This document shows, one piece after another, positions 13,462 through 32,110 of a stretch of DNA of 64,000 bases. A model generated the notes under the pieces. That model was not told the DNA's origin and made no database searches. It saw only the letters and a list, made by a program, of their open reading frames with translations. Position numbers and translations under genes: made by a program. The stretch spans positions 9,300,001-9,364,000 of the forward strand of contig NC_045704.1 in the NCBI RefSeq assembly GCF_009834535.1. The letters run 5' to 3'. This stretch comes from Camelus ferus. Lineage: Eukaryota. The stretch's first letter is position 1; each line of letters opens with the position of its first letter.

Positions 13462-14030
13462 GGTAAAATACACATAACATAAAATTTACCACTTTAACCA
13501 TTTTAAGTGTCCAGTTCAATGGCATGTAATAAATTCATAATGTTGTGTAACTACCACCACTATCTAATTCCAGAGCATTTTTCACCCTAAAAGGAAGCCT
13601 TGAACCCATTCAGCAGTCACTCCCCACTCCTCCCTCCAACCCCCAGCTCCAGACAAACACTTACTGGCTTTGTCTGCATGGATTTGACTGTTGTGGACAT
13701 TTCATATAAATGGAATCATACACTATGTGACCTTTTGTGTCTGGCTTTTCTTAATGTTTCTGAGGTTCTTCGTGATGTAGAATGTATCTGTGCTTCATTC
13801 TTTTTCATGGCTGAATATTATTCCGTTGTATGGATAGACCACATTTTGTTGACCTATTCTTCAACAAATGGACATTTGGGTGGTCTCCACTTTGGGGCTG
13901 TTATAAGTCGTGCTGCTATGAACATTCATGTTTTTGTGTGAACATGTTTTCAATTCTTTGGGAAAGATACTTAGGAGTGGAATTGCTAGGTCATGTGGTA
14001 ACTCTATGTTTAACTTTTAAGGAACTGCCA
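13462..14030 (-). mobile_element. Old L1 (L1M-type) 3' fragment, antisense
   Basis: Same hallmark: aaaatacacataacataaaatttacc...tcatggctgaatattattccgttgtatggatagaccacattttg. Confidence 0.78.
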
Positions 14031-15647
14031 AACTGCTTTGCAGAGTGTGGGCCAAGCCACTTCCAAAATGCTCTTTTGACACCAACTGGAGGCATCCAGT
14101 AGGCGATCTTGTGGGGAGTTCAGAGGAGGGGCCAGGGCAGAGCCAAAAAGGAAATTTGAGGCCCCATGTGGAAGAGGGTAGAGGCGGATTGAGGCTTGGG
14201 AGCCCCAGCTCCCCATAACTCTCCCCCCATCACAACCCCCAGCAGTTTTGTTGATAACGGTGTGGTGCCTAGCTACACATGCACTCGGCGGAAAGGAACA
14301 AAGGATAAAAATAATAACGAACAACATTTGTTAAACTAGTTCCACCCACCCACCCTCTCTCACACCCCCCATACTGCTTTCATTCCTTCATGACTCCCTT
14401 CATAATTTCTTAATGTTTCGTCAGAATAGTTTTCAACATGCATCCCATTGATTTGTGTACTGGCTGTCTACCCTCTCTGGAACACAAACCCCATAAAGAC
14501 AGGTGGAGCCCTGTGGTTCATCCACCGCTGCATCCCCAGCCTCAGTAAACAGGGCTGAAGGAAGCCCGCCTACTGGGCTGTTGCCTAGAAACAGCTGGGC
14601 AGACCTGTCCCATGTGGCTCCTCCTCATCCTGTGTCACCCTCCTTTCATAGAAGTATAGCAGCTGCGCTGGACCAGGCACTGTCCTAAACTTTCCACACA
14701 TGTTAACTCAGTTCATCCTTCTGTCCACCCACTGATAGCCATCCTTATCCCCATCGATGGGGGAAACTGAGGCACATGGGGACTTAGGTAAGAGCCTGTC
14801 CAGTGTCAGGCACCTGGCACGTGGTGGAGATTGTAGACAAACCACTGCTACCCTGACTCTCCAGCTGTGCAAGGAGACACTTCAGATCTGACACTCTAAG
14901 AGGGCAAGTGTGTGTGTCCGTGTGTGGACGTGGTGGTGAGGGGGCTGAGGCTCGAGATCCCTTGATTACCAGACCTAAACAAAGGAGAGAAATGAGCACT
15001 GGAGGAAACTGAGGACCAGATGGGTCTAAGCCAGCAGTTCTAACCCGGGGCAACTGCGGCTCCCAGGGGGATATCTGGCAATTCCTGGAGGCATCTTATG
15101 TTATCGCAATGCGGGAGAATGAGGAAGCTCCCGGCATGGAAGATGCTGAGAAACATCCCGCAGTGCACAGGATGAGCCCCCACAACTAAGTACATTCTGT
15201 CTCCAAATGTCAGTAGTGCCCAGGTTGAGAAACCCTGCACTGCCTCTTCACCCCTCTTGGGCTATAAACTCAGACTCTCAACTCCAATCTCTTTTTCTCC
15301 TTCTCTCCTCCCCCCACCCACTCTTCTTTCTCTCTCTTCCTCATCTCCTGACTCCTCCCACCTCGCCCTCCCCACGTGTCTCCCTTCATTCCCTCCCCCC
15401 ACCCACTGGCCCATCCCAACCTCCTCCCCACTCTGCCCACCTCTCACTCTCTGCATCTCTGCCCTCGCTCACTCGCATCTCACCCCTTACCCTCCCCTCT
15501 ACCCTCTCTCCCTCACCTGCCTCCGTGGTTTCTTCTCCCTCCACCACATCTTTCCGCTGGTTTTTGGTCCACCTCTTACTTCTTGGCATCCCTGACGTCA
15601 CTGACGACTTTCCCACGCTTCCCTCTCCCATTCATCACTTGCTTTGA

Positions 15648-22328
<6,681 letters not shown>

Positions 22329-25300
22329 GTGTCTGAGGCCGGGCCCGGGGCTTGGGGGCTGCAGCCTCCCGGGCCCCCATTCCAGCCTGCATCCCCCAGC
22401 ACACTCCAGGGGCCTGGAGCCCAGATCAGAGGTGGTAGGGGGCTGCCTTCAAGGACACTGTTTGGATGAAATCGTCACCAGAGACAAAGCCTCTTTCTTG
22501 TATGTCATGGCAGACAAGATCCCTCTTTCTATATCACAGTATGAGGCAAGGCCTCCTTCCTGTGATGTCATCACAGAGGAAGATGTCTGTGAGGTCATCA
22601 CTATGGAAGATGTCTGTGTTTATCACAGGGACAAAAACTCCTTCCCATGAGGTCATCACAGAGGAACAGGCCCACACTTAACTAGAGGCTATGTCTATGT
22701 TCCATGATGTCATCACAAAGACTTCCTTCCTGTGATGTCATAAAAGAAATAATGCCTTGTCCTATGATGTCATCCCTAGATACAGAGAGTCCGTCTTATG
22801 ATGTCACTGCATAGATAAGTTTCACTCTATGATGTCATCTCTGGCAACAGAAGTCCTCTTTTGACATCATCACCAGGAAAATATTTTCTTCCAAAGAAGA
22901 TGCCTCTGTCTGTGATGTCATCACTACAGACAAAGCCACCTTCCTGGGACACATCCCAGGGGAAAAAGCCTGGCCAACTGTGTCCTCACTAGACATAAGG
23001 CCTCCTTTCTATGACATCATCACAGAGATTCTGCTTCCTTTTTGTGATGCCATTGCCAGAGAAGGTGCCTTGCCCTATGATGTCATGAGAGGGATTGCCT
23101 CTTCCATGATGTCATCACTGGAGATGACAGCCTGCTTTTGGGACATCTCCAGGATGAGGCCCCTTCTGCGATATCTCTGAGATGACTCTGCCTGCTCTGA
23201 GACATCACCAGGAGACCGCCACTGCTGCTGCCATGTCACAGAAAGGCAGGGGATGCCGAGGCCATGGCCATCCTGGGGGCACCAGAGAAAGTGCCCCAGC
23301 CTGAGATGTCATCTGAGGGATGTTATCACTGGGAAGGCTGCCCCATCTGGAGAGGTCTCTGCCAGAGATGACGGTCTGTCTCCGGGTTGCTGGTAGTGAG
23401 CCGCCACACCACTGGAGGCTCTGCCCCAGCGCTGTGATGTCATCCCCAGAGACACCGCCTGCTTTGGAAGGCCGTCACTTGTGATGGTATCGCCGGTCTC
23501 TGCCTTGTCCCTCCGTGACTTAGCTTGGTTGCTCCTTCTCCTGACCCCACGGACATGCCCTGCAGGAGCTCCACCAGACCTTCCCCTAAAGGGAATTTGG
23601 GCCACAGGTCCTACCCCTGTGTAGTGAGGTCACCTCCTGTGTGACTCCCGGAGGACAGCACTCCCAGACTGGCTTCTGCTCCCAATGAGGCCACTCTGGC
23701 CCACCAGGCTCCTGGAGTCCTCAGACTCATAGGTGGCCAAAAGGCTAGCGCCACTTCTCTCTGCCAAAACTACAGACACCATCGCCTCTGTAAACAAGTC
23801 CTGGCCTCCGGCTGCAGGGTGGGGGGAGGTTAGGATATGCCTGCTGCTGCTCTAGTTGATGACATCAGCAGCACCACAAGACTTCCACCACTCCTGATGG
23901 CACTGCACCTGGGGTCAAATGTCAACCATGCCTAATGATGACATCATTTCCCAGGATTCCCTATGACCTATAGTGTCTTCATCTCCCAGAATCCACCACA
24001 ACTAAGGTATCATTCTCTTTCAGGATTTACCATAACTATAGTGTCACCTTCTCCCAAGATTCCCTATAGTCAATGGTGTCACCATCTTCCATGATTCTCC
24101 ACAATTATGATGTCATCATCTCCCAGAATCCACCATGACCAATGATGTCATTCCAGAATCCACTATAGCTGATGGTAACATCTTCTACCAGGATCCACTA
24201 GGACTGATCATGCCAAAATTTCCTATAGTCCCCCATAACTGGTGTCATCAATCTTCCAGGATCCACTTCAACCATGTCTTCACACCCCAGGATCCACCAT
24301 AACCCTGATATCATCATCTCCCAGGATCCACTTCAACAACGGCATCATCATCTCCCAAGATCCATGACACCCAATAGTGTCATCATCTCGCAGGATCCAC
24401 CTCAACTATGACATCATCATCTCCCAGGATCCACTTCAACCATGGTGCCATCTACCAGGATCCACCACAACCATGACATCATCAACTCCCAGGATCCAGG
24501 ACACCCAATGATAGTGTCATTTACCAGGATCCACTTCAGCCATGTATCACCATCTTCCAGTATCCATCATCTTGGGGCCAAGCACTATGACAGCTGTATT
24601 TCAACTGTCTCCTGGGGTCACTTCCAGTTGTTCCCTTAAGGGGAACCAGCACAATACACATTATTCTCCCATTCCCTCAAAAACAGAGTGGGGAGGGCCA
24701 CCTTCGATGACATCATCCTATTCTGGCCCTTCTTGATGATGTCACTGCCTTGTTCCCAACTTAGGCTGATGCCTGCATCAACCTCACCACAGACTTGGCC
24801 TTGGCCGGCCCCCCATCACCCCCTGGTGAGGGCACCTGGACCCCTCCTGATAACTCACTGCCCTTCACCCAACCATTTGGTCGGTGACAGGGTCAACACA
24901 GGGACCTCTTATCATCACCAGAGGGTAGCTTTCCAGTCCTCAGGTGATGTCACTGCCCCTTGCCTAATCCCTGTCACCTGGATCCCCACCCAGAGCAGCA
25001 CTCCATTGGCTTGGGCCAAACTCTCCACAGAGACCCCTGTGGGCTGGGCCAATAGCTGCCGACCTCCCTGGGGCTTTCACGTGCTCTGCTGGCCTGGTCC
25101 TGGGGCAGGCACATCTGGAGGGCCATGGCCACTGCCAGTGCCATCTGTGGGGGCAGGGTGGTGCTCTGCATCATCCCAAGATGGCAAAGAAGCAGCGTTC
25201 TCTCCTTCATGTCCCTCTCACACACTAGGGAGCCTCTAGGGTTTCGGGGATTCCCCAATACCCAATGCACAATTTACCCCTAATTCTCCTTGTACATAGC

Positions 25301-26260
25301 CATGTGGGGGGCGGCCATTCCCCGACTCTTAAAGGGCTACATGCCCCCTCCCCGGCCCCCAGGGCAGGGTGCGGGGGCCTCTTCTCCCTCTTTTGGGCCG
25401 TCCCCCTCCGTCTCCTGTCTCCCCCCAAATACTGGCACCTCAGCTCATCTTTTTTCATCGGGCGCCTGGGATAGGTAACTGGCCTCTGTTCCCACCACAC
25501 GGAGGAAATTGGGGTGTTACCCTGACTCTACCATGGCCCCAGTGCCAGTTTGCCAGTTTTTCACATCCACGCTTACAGCTGCTCCTGTGGGTTCCCCCAG
25601 TCCCTCCGAAGGCCTCACCTTGCCCAGTACCCCTATGGCAGACTGTGACTTCCCCCAAGCGGAGCCAGCTGGGGTGCCTGCCCCTTCCCAGACCCCCTCC
25701 CCTCTGCTCACCACCCCCAAGGAGCACTCAGCTTTCTCCAGCCCCCACAATTGGGGGGGTTTGGGGCCTTTCAGCTTTTGTATGCCCCCCTCAACTTGCT
25801 CTTCACCAGCCTGGATTCAGGTACCTCGCTCCCCCCCCCCCCCCGACTCATGACTCACTCCTCACAGGCTGCCTGATCCTGGGGCATTGACCTCTTATCT
25901 CAAATAAGCCATAGTGGGGAGAGGTCTCAAGGGGGTGAGGAAGTGGGCATGTCCTGCCAGGTCCCCTTGATGCTTCCAGAGCTGGGACCTCACCATCTGA
26001 GTCTTCCCCTGCTGCCCGATAAACACAGACACAGGATCTTGCGTGCAAGCCCCACCCCCATTCTGGTGAGCGGGCAGTGGAGGGCGGTACAGAAAGGAGA
26101 AGATAAACAATTCTGGACCAAAAGACCTTCCACAGCTTTGCCTCCTTCCTTATCTCTCCCCCCAACACCAAATTCTTGCCCCAGTTCCTAGGTGAGAACA
26201 GCCGGCTGAGCTGCAACTTGGTATTTTTTTGAATAAACAGATGTTTTCCTGATCCCGTGT
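22329..26260 (+). other. SHISA7: SHISA7 long 3' UTR (~3.9 kb) with poly(A) signal at 26232-26237
   Basis: First clear AATAAA after the stop, preceded by a U-rich run and followed by GU/U-rich sequence (gttttcctga, gtgtctc). Confidence 0.65.
22470..24960 (+). repeat. Degenerate ~31-33 bp tandem arrays with TGAYRTCATCA core in the SHISA7 3' UTR
   Basis: 21 exact TGATGTCA or TGACATCA by hand count. Sub-array A (22470-23500) unit is about tcctgtgatgtcatcacagagga; sub-array B (23850-24600) unit is about tgacatcatcatctcccaggatccacttcaacca. Confidence 0.85.
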
Positions 26261-26585
26261 CTCAAGTTTTACTGTTGGGAAGGGATGGGTTTCCACCTCT
26301 GCATTTGCAGGTCACTGTGGAGTCCCCTTTGTGGTCAAGAGGGGCAGGCATCTAAGTGTCTTTCACAGGTGGTCATGGCTGTGCCGGCTGACACCAAGCA
26401 AGGAGAGGAGTCAGGCACGGGGGTGATGCCCTGTGAAGGTGCCTTTAAGTCCTTGGTTTCTTCCTAAGAAAGCCTCTCTTCCCTCTGAGCATGTAAGCAT
26501 TTGTTTGCAGATTCCATTTGTTGGCACCTCCTTATCCTCGAACTCTTTGGCTGAATATCATTGAAGTTGGTGGGGGGAGGGGGTA

Positions 26586-26948
26586 TGCATCAGTTTCCTG
26601 GGGCAGCTTGAACAGAAATGTCTTCTCTCCAGGTGCTGGAGGCTGGGAGCCTGAGAGGGCGGTGCGGGCAGGGCTGGTTCCCTCAGAGGCTGTGCGGGAG
26701 AATCTGTCTGCGCCTCTCTCCCAGCTTCTGGTGGCCGTGCTGGCATTCCTCCACCCAGCGTCTTCCCTGTGTGTGTGTCTCCTTGTCAGAACTTCCACAT
26801 TTTATAAGGACACCAGTCATGGTGGGTTAGGGCCCACCCCCAATGATTTCATCTGCAAAGATCCTATTTCCAAATTTCACATTCACAGGTCCCGGAGGTT
26901 AGGACTTCAACATCTCTGTGAGGGGTGGACACAACTCAACCCATAACA
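26586..26948. mobile_element. MLT1-type solo LTR
   Basis: ttctggaggctgggag-like start, ttttataaggacaccagtcat, ttaggacttcaacat and caacccataaca end. Confidence 0.75.
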
Positions 26949-27303
26949 GGGGTTATGACAGGATACAGTCTAAGTATCAGCTTTTATAGCTAGGAGGCAT
27001 TTCCCCCACCTCTCTCCTCCCACCCAGTGCACTACAGTATTTGTATAGTGATGACTACAGTCCCCCCCACCCCACGTTTCTCAGAAGGTGCCTCTAAGGC
27101 TTGGTTTTAGAAATGTTAGGACAGCTCTCCTCTAGCAGCATCTAAGTGTCTGTGAACTGCAGACTCACTCTGCATCAAAGCCTCAGTTTACATGTCCCTC
27201 TGGGTTGTGTGTGCAGGGCATTTCAGCATTAATTTTATCGCTAAGAAAGCTGCTTCCTCTCTAGTGCACTAAGTGTCTGCTTCCCAAATACTGGATTTTA
27301 TTC

Positions 27304-27667
27304 TGTATTAGCTGGGGTTCTCCAGAGAAACAGAACCAACAGGGTGTGTGGGTATGGATGCATGTTAAGGAACTGACTCATGTGACAGTGGGGTCTGGCA
27401 AATCCAAAGTCTGTAAGGCAGGTTGGAAACTCAGGCAGGCTTTCTAGGCTGCAGTCTTGAGGCAGGATTCCTTCTTTCCAGGGAACCTCAGCTTTTGCTC
27501 TTAAGGCCTTCAACTGATTGGATGTGGCCCACCACATGAGCTAGGAGAATCCCCTTTTCTCAAAGTCAACTGACTGCAGAGGCTAATCATATCTACGAAA
27601 TACCTTCACAGCAACACCTGGGCTGTGTCTGAACCCAAGGATGGTAGCCTGGCCGCTTAACCATCCC
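27304..27667. mobile_element. MLT2-type (ERVL) solo LTR
   Basis: tgtattag...gttctccagagaaacagaacca start, then tcaaagtcaactgac and aaataccttcacagcaacacct. Confidence 0.75.
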
Positions 27668-30600
27668 GGCAGGGAGGTGCTTGCTGGAGGAAGGAGTGTG
27701 ATCTAGGGTTAAGAAAGCCTCCTCCCTTTCAGTGCAGTTAAGTGTTCACCACTGGCTAGATTTCACTTGCTCAGTTTCATTTGTTTGACTGTAGATTAAT
27801 GGCGGGGTGCATTCAAGTACTGGTGTTCGGATCATTTGTGAAGTGCCCCCTCCTGGTGCATGTGACGGTAGTTTGCACATCCTCAGAAATTGCCTCTTTG
27901 TGTTGGAGTCTTAGTCTACAGATAATTGGGGGTGGGTGGGGAGGGAGGGTGGTGATGCCATGCCTCTTAGTATGGGATCACTGAGGAGCCGCTCCTCCCG
28001 GGCACACAGTAGGACCCTACTTCCCTGCTCCCTAGAGGTTAGATGGCCTCTGGGCGGTGTGAGCAGAAGTGCCTTTCCAGGTAGAAGCGTCTGGGAGCCG
28101 GTGTGTGGATCCCCATGCTCTTCCCTGCCCTCTGCCATGGTCACTGGTGATATTTCAGGGAAGGGCTACTCTTTCTGGCCTGGGTCCCAAGTAGGTTAAC
28201 TGAGCCCCAGAGTAAGGATAACACCAAATAGGGGCCGGAGCCAACACTCGATGGACAGGTAGCGCGAGCGAGAAATAAACCCTTGTTGCTTTAACCCCTG
28301 GGGCCTTGGGGCCACTTGTTACTGCAGGCTGGTGCAGCCCTCCCGGGCGGTGCATCTTGCCTGTGAGGGGGAGCTTTCTGCTGCACACTCTTGTACTTCT
28401 GAGTTCTTGTGTAGGTGTAGTATCTATTTTTTTTAAGTAAAGCTTAAATTTAAACATAAACGGTGCAGGACTTGACTGCCATTCTCCTCGCCGAGCATAT
28501 GCCCAGGGAGAGCGTGACAGGGAGACGCCAGCCTCACTCCTCTCGCATGCAGGGTGGTTAGCTTCCACTCTGAGGTGTAAAGCCAGGGCTGAAATGTATG
28601 CGTTTTTCATTCAACACGGCCTCTACGTGCCTGTCCACTACTTCATTTCTGTTCAACCAAGAAAAAAAACAATCGGGCCCCCATATGTATTGTGCTTTGG
28701 TGGGCAAGTCAAGGATAAGATTTGGCATAAGTGTTTCTGCCTTTGTACCCTAACACTTGCTCAGTGTGCAGCTCCGTGTTGATAAATACAGCCTCTGAGC
28801 AGCTATTTTTAACTGCCGTTTGACAGGGTGGGCTTGCAAACTCCTGAAATCTATACCAGATGTTCTGTGCACCTGCCTTTTCTCCCTTTTAATTTCTTTT
28901 TAACTTTATATTTTGAAATAGTTCTCAAGTTCAAGTACAGCTTTCATCAATTCACCACTTGTTAAGGTTTCATCACACTGCTTTATGATTTTCTTCCCAT
29001 ATAAATATTCTTTTTTTTTCAGGGGCACTTGAGAGCAGGCCGCCCCCTAAGGGACATTGCTGAAGAACAAGGACTTTCTCTCACACAGCTACAGTATAGT
29101 TATCAAAATCAAGAACTTCACATTGGTGAAGTCCATGTTCAAGTTTCACCAACTGTCCCAATATTGTCCTTTGGAGCAATTTTCTTTTCAGCTGCTGCTA
29201 CTCCGGGATTAGGTTTTGCATCTGGTTCTTGAGTCTCTCGGGGCTCCTTTAACACTGATGTTTTTGGAGTCCACGCAGCATAATTTTTATTTCAGCTCCT
29301 ACCGCTAGACGTTTGGTTTTTTCCTGATTTTCACTACTATAGCAATACTTTGAGGACTATCTTTTGCACACCACATGGAGCGTTCACTTTCTCCCCCAGG
29401 ATGACCTCCTAGCAGGGTGAAATTCTGGGGGTAGGGGTGTTTTTAAGACCTTTGCTACACGATGCCAAGATGCAATGCTGAAAGCCATGCCAGTCCCTGT
29501 ATGTGAGGACGGCCGCCTGCTCCCACCTCGCCAGCATCAGGCCTTACTCTATTCAATCTTGATGTACATCAGAGGTGTTGGTTTTGGTTAAAGGAAGCCC
29601 CCAGCACGCTAAACTATGTTTTCATCCTGTGCGAAGACTCCGCCCTGCATTTCTGGAGTTGGGGTGTGAGACGGGCTGTGCGTTTCACTGAGGCTGTGTC
29701 CGTCACTAGAGGGAGCACCTGGTCCACTGCAGGGCACGGTTACCACTTAATCAGGGTCCCTCCCGCCAGGAGAGCGCTAACCTCTGCTCAGGGGAAAAAG
29801 GAAAGTGGTTCTTGTTAATTACCTGTCGATGGCACGTACAGGTGGCGAGCTTAAAAGTATTAAGGCCACGAAGGGGCGGGGAACATGTCAGCAACCACAG
29901 ACTGTGGACTCAGAAATGAAGATGGAAGCACTTACCCAAGCAAAGATGCTCAGCCTCTCTGGAAAGAAAGGAAATGCAGCTGAAAGATAGGGCACCCTGG
30001 CTTGCCCACGACTGGCACATATTCTGAAGACTGCTAACAGTTGGGCTCATTTCTGCATCGGGACATTGACATCGGCTGCTTCCTCTTCTCTGGATACCCA
30101 CAAAACTAGTTCTCTCGCTTCTCTCACTTAGCCCTGGACTTTCCCATCATCAGCACTGAAGTCCGGCATTTCAGGCAACCTGGGATGGTCAGCCACCATG
30201 GGTTTAATGCTTACTGTTTACTACCTGTCTCTCCACCAGAACAGAAGCCCTAGGAAGGCGATGTCTTGCTTCCTTTCTTGGTCACTGGTGTATCCCTGGC
30301 AAACAGTTGGTCCTAAATAAATACTTGCTGAATGAATGGGTCAGATCCTGCTGGTGGAGATCCAATTAAGCAGAGCCCTGCCAAGGGCTACCTGGCACAA
30401 CTGTGAGCACACGTGCCCTTTGATCCTACGACTCCACTTCTAGGAATTTCTCCTTCAGAAAAGCTCACACCTTTGCCCAAAGACAAATTTGGGAGGATGC
30501 TCACTGCAGCTTTGAGCCGCAGACTGGACCCGGTGGAAACGCCTGGCAGTTGGAGAATACTAGAAACCACTGCCCCGCAGCAGCCAATTTGCAGGCTGCC

Positions 30601-31354
30601 CAGGGAGGATGTGTGGGAACGTAACCGTCCAAGTGGCGTGGGGAAGAAGACACCCGAGGTTAGCGAGGTTAACGAGGTTAACAGCGATACCTGAGGGGGA
30701 GGGAATGCAAGTGTGGGAGGTGAAGAAGGGCTAGAGCTGCACCTCCTACTTTCACTTCTCACACTGCAGTAACTGCGCAAACTTCCCTCCAAGCGTGTAT
30801 TTCTTGAGTAAGTTAATACAGCTGAAAAAAAGAAAGGAAGATTCATTTCTGAAGCTAGAATTCCAGCCGAAGGGACAATCTGGCTTTCATTGAGTAGAAC
30901 TAAGTTTCTGGTTCTCCAATGTTTAGCAAAGGGAGGACACCCCTTCCCCAGCCTATCCCCTGCCAATTCCAGTCTCCCAAACTAACTGGGAAGGCCCATC
31001 ACTAGGCCATCTCCCAAGGAGTTCTCAAAGCCACCCATTTCTCTCCCATGGCCACCCCCTTAGCCCAAGCCACAACCAGCTCTAGAGTTTCTGCTACCAC
31101 CCTGGGCCCTCCAGTCAGCTCTCTATCCAGCAGCCCTGAGCTAGAGTCTCAATGGGAATACCAAATCTATCACACCTCCCCAACAAAATTCCTCACTGGT
31201 GCCCTGGCGCTCTACACGCCCTCCTCTCCTGCTCAGATCCTTCTTCCCTCAGCGTGCTCTCTCTCCCTCTCTCCTCTCCCTACCTTCTGGACTTCTTTTA
31301 GTTCCTCCCGTCTCAGTACTTCTTTTTCAATTTTTTTTAAAGAACAGCTTTACT

Positions 31355-32110
31355 GAGATATAACTCACATACCATACATAAAATTCACCAGTTTGAATTA
31401 TTTTAGCATAGTCAAAGTTGGGCATCTATGTCATCACCACAATCAATTTCAGAATATTTTAATCGCCCCTCAAAAGAAAACCTACCCATTAGCTATCACC
31501 TCCCCATCCCCCAAGCAATCTAATCTACTTTCTGTCTGCATGGATTTGCCTATTCTGGACATTTTGTATCAATGGAATCATACAACACCTAGTCCTTAGT
31601 GACTGGCTTCCTTTCCTTAGCACAGTGTTTCTAAGGTTCATCCACTTTGTAGCATGTAATAGTACTTCATTTATTTCTATGGCTGTGTAATATTTCACTG
31701 TAAGTATACACCACAGTTTCTCCATTCACCAGTTGCTGAACATTCAGGNNNNNNNNNNNNNNNNNNNNNNNNNNNNNNNNNNNNNNNNNNNNNNNNNNNN
31801 NNNNNNNNNNNNNNNNNNNNNNNNNNNNNNNNNNNNNNNNNNNNNNNNNNNNNNNNNNNNNNNNNNNNNNNNNNNNNNNNNNNNNNNNNNNNNGAGGAAC
31901 TGCCAGGCTGTTTTACAAAGCAGCTGCACCATTTTTATTCCCACTGGCTCTCTGAGCTATTTCTCCACATCCTCTCCAACACTGTTATCTCACTTCTTGA
32001 CTACAGCCATCCTGGCAGTGTGAAGTCGTATCTCGTTGTGATTTTGACTTGCATTTCCCTCCTGGCTGATGATGCTGAGCACCTTGTCATGTGTTTATTG
32101 GCCTTTTACA
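31355..32110 (-). mobile_element. Old L1 3' fragment, antisense, interrupted by N gap 31749-31893
   Basis: gagatataactcacataccat...atcaatggaatcatacaac...gcatttccctcctggctgatgatgctgagcacc. Confidence 0.72.

Noticed and set aside
30413-30694. ORF starting PFDPTTPLLGISP
   Set aside because: Degenerate L1 ORF2 C-terminal remnant, not a gene.
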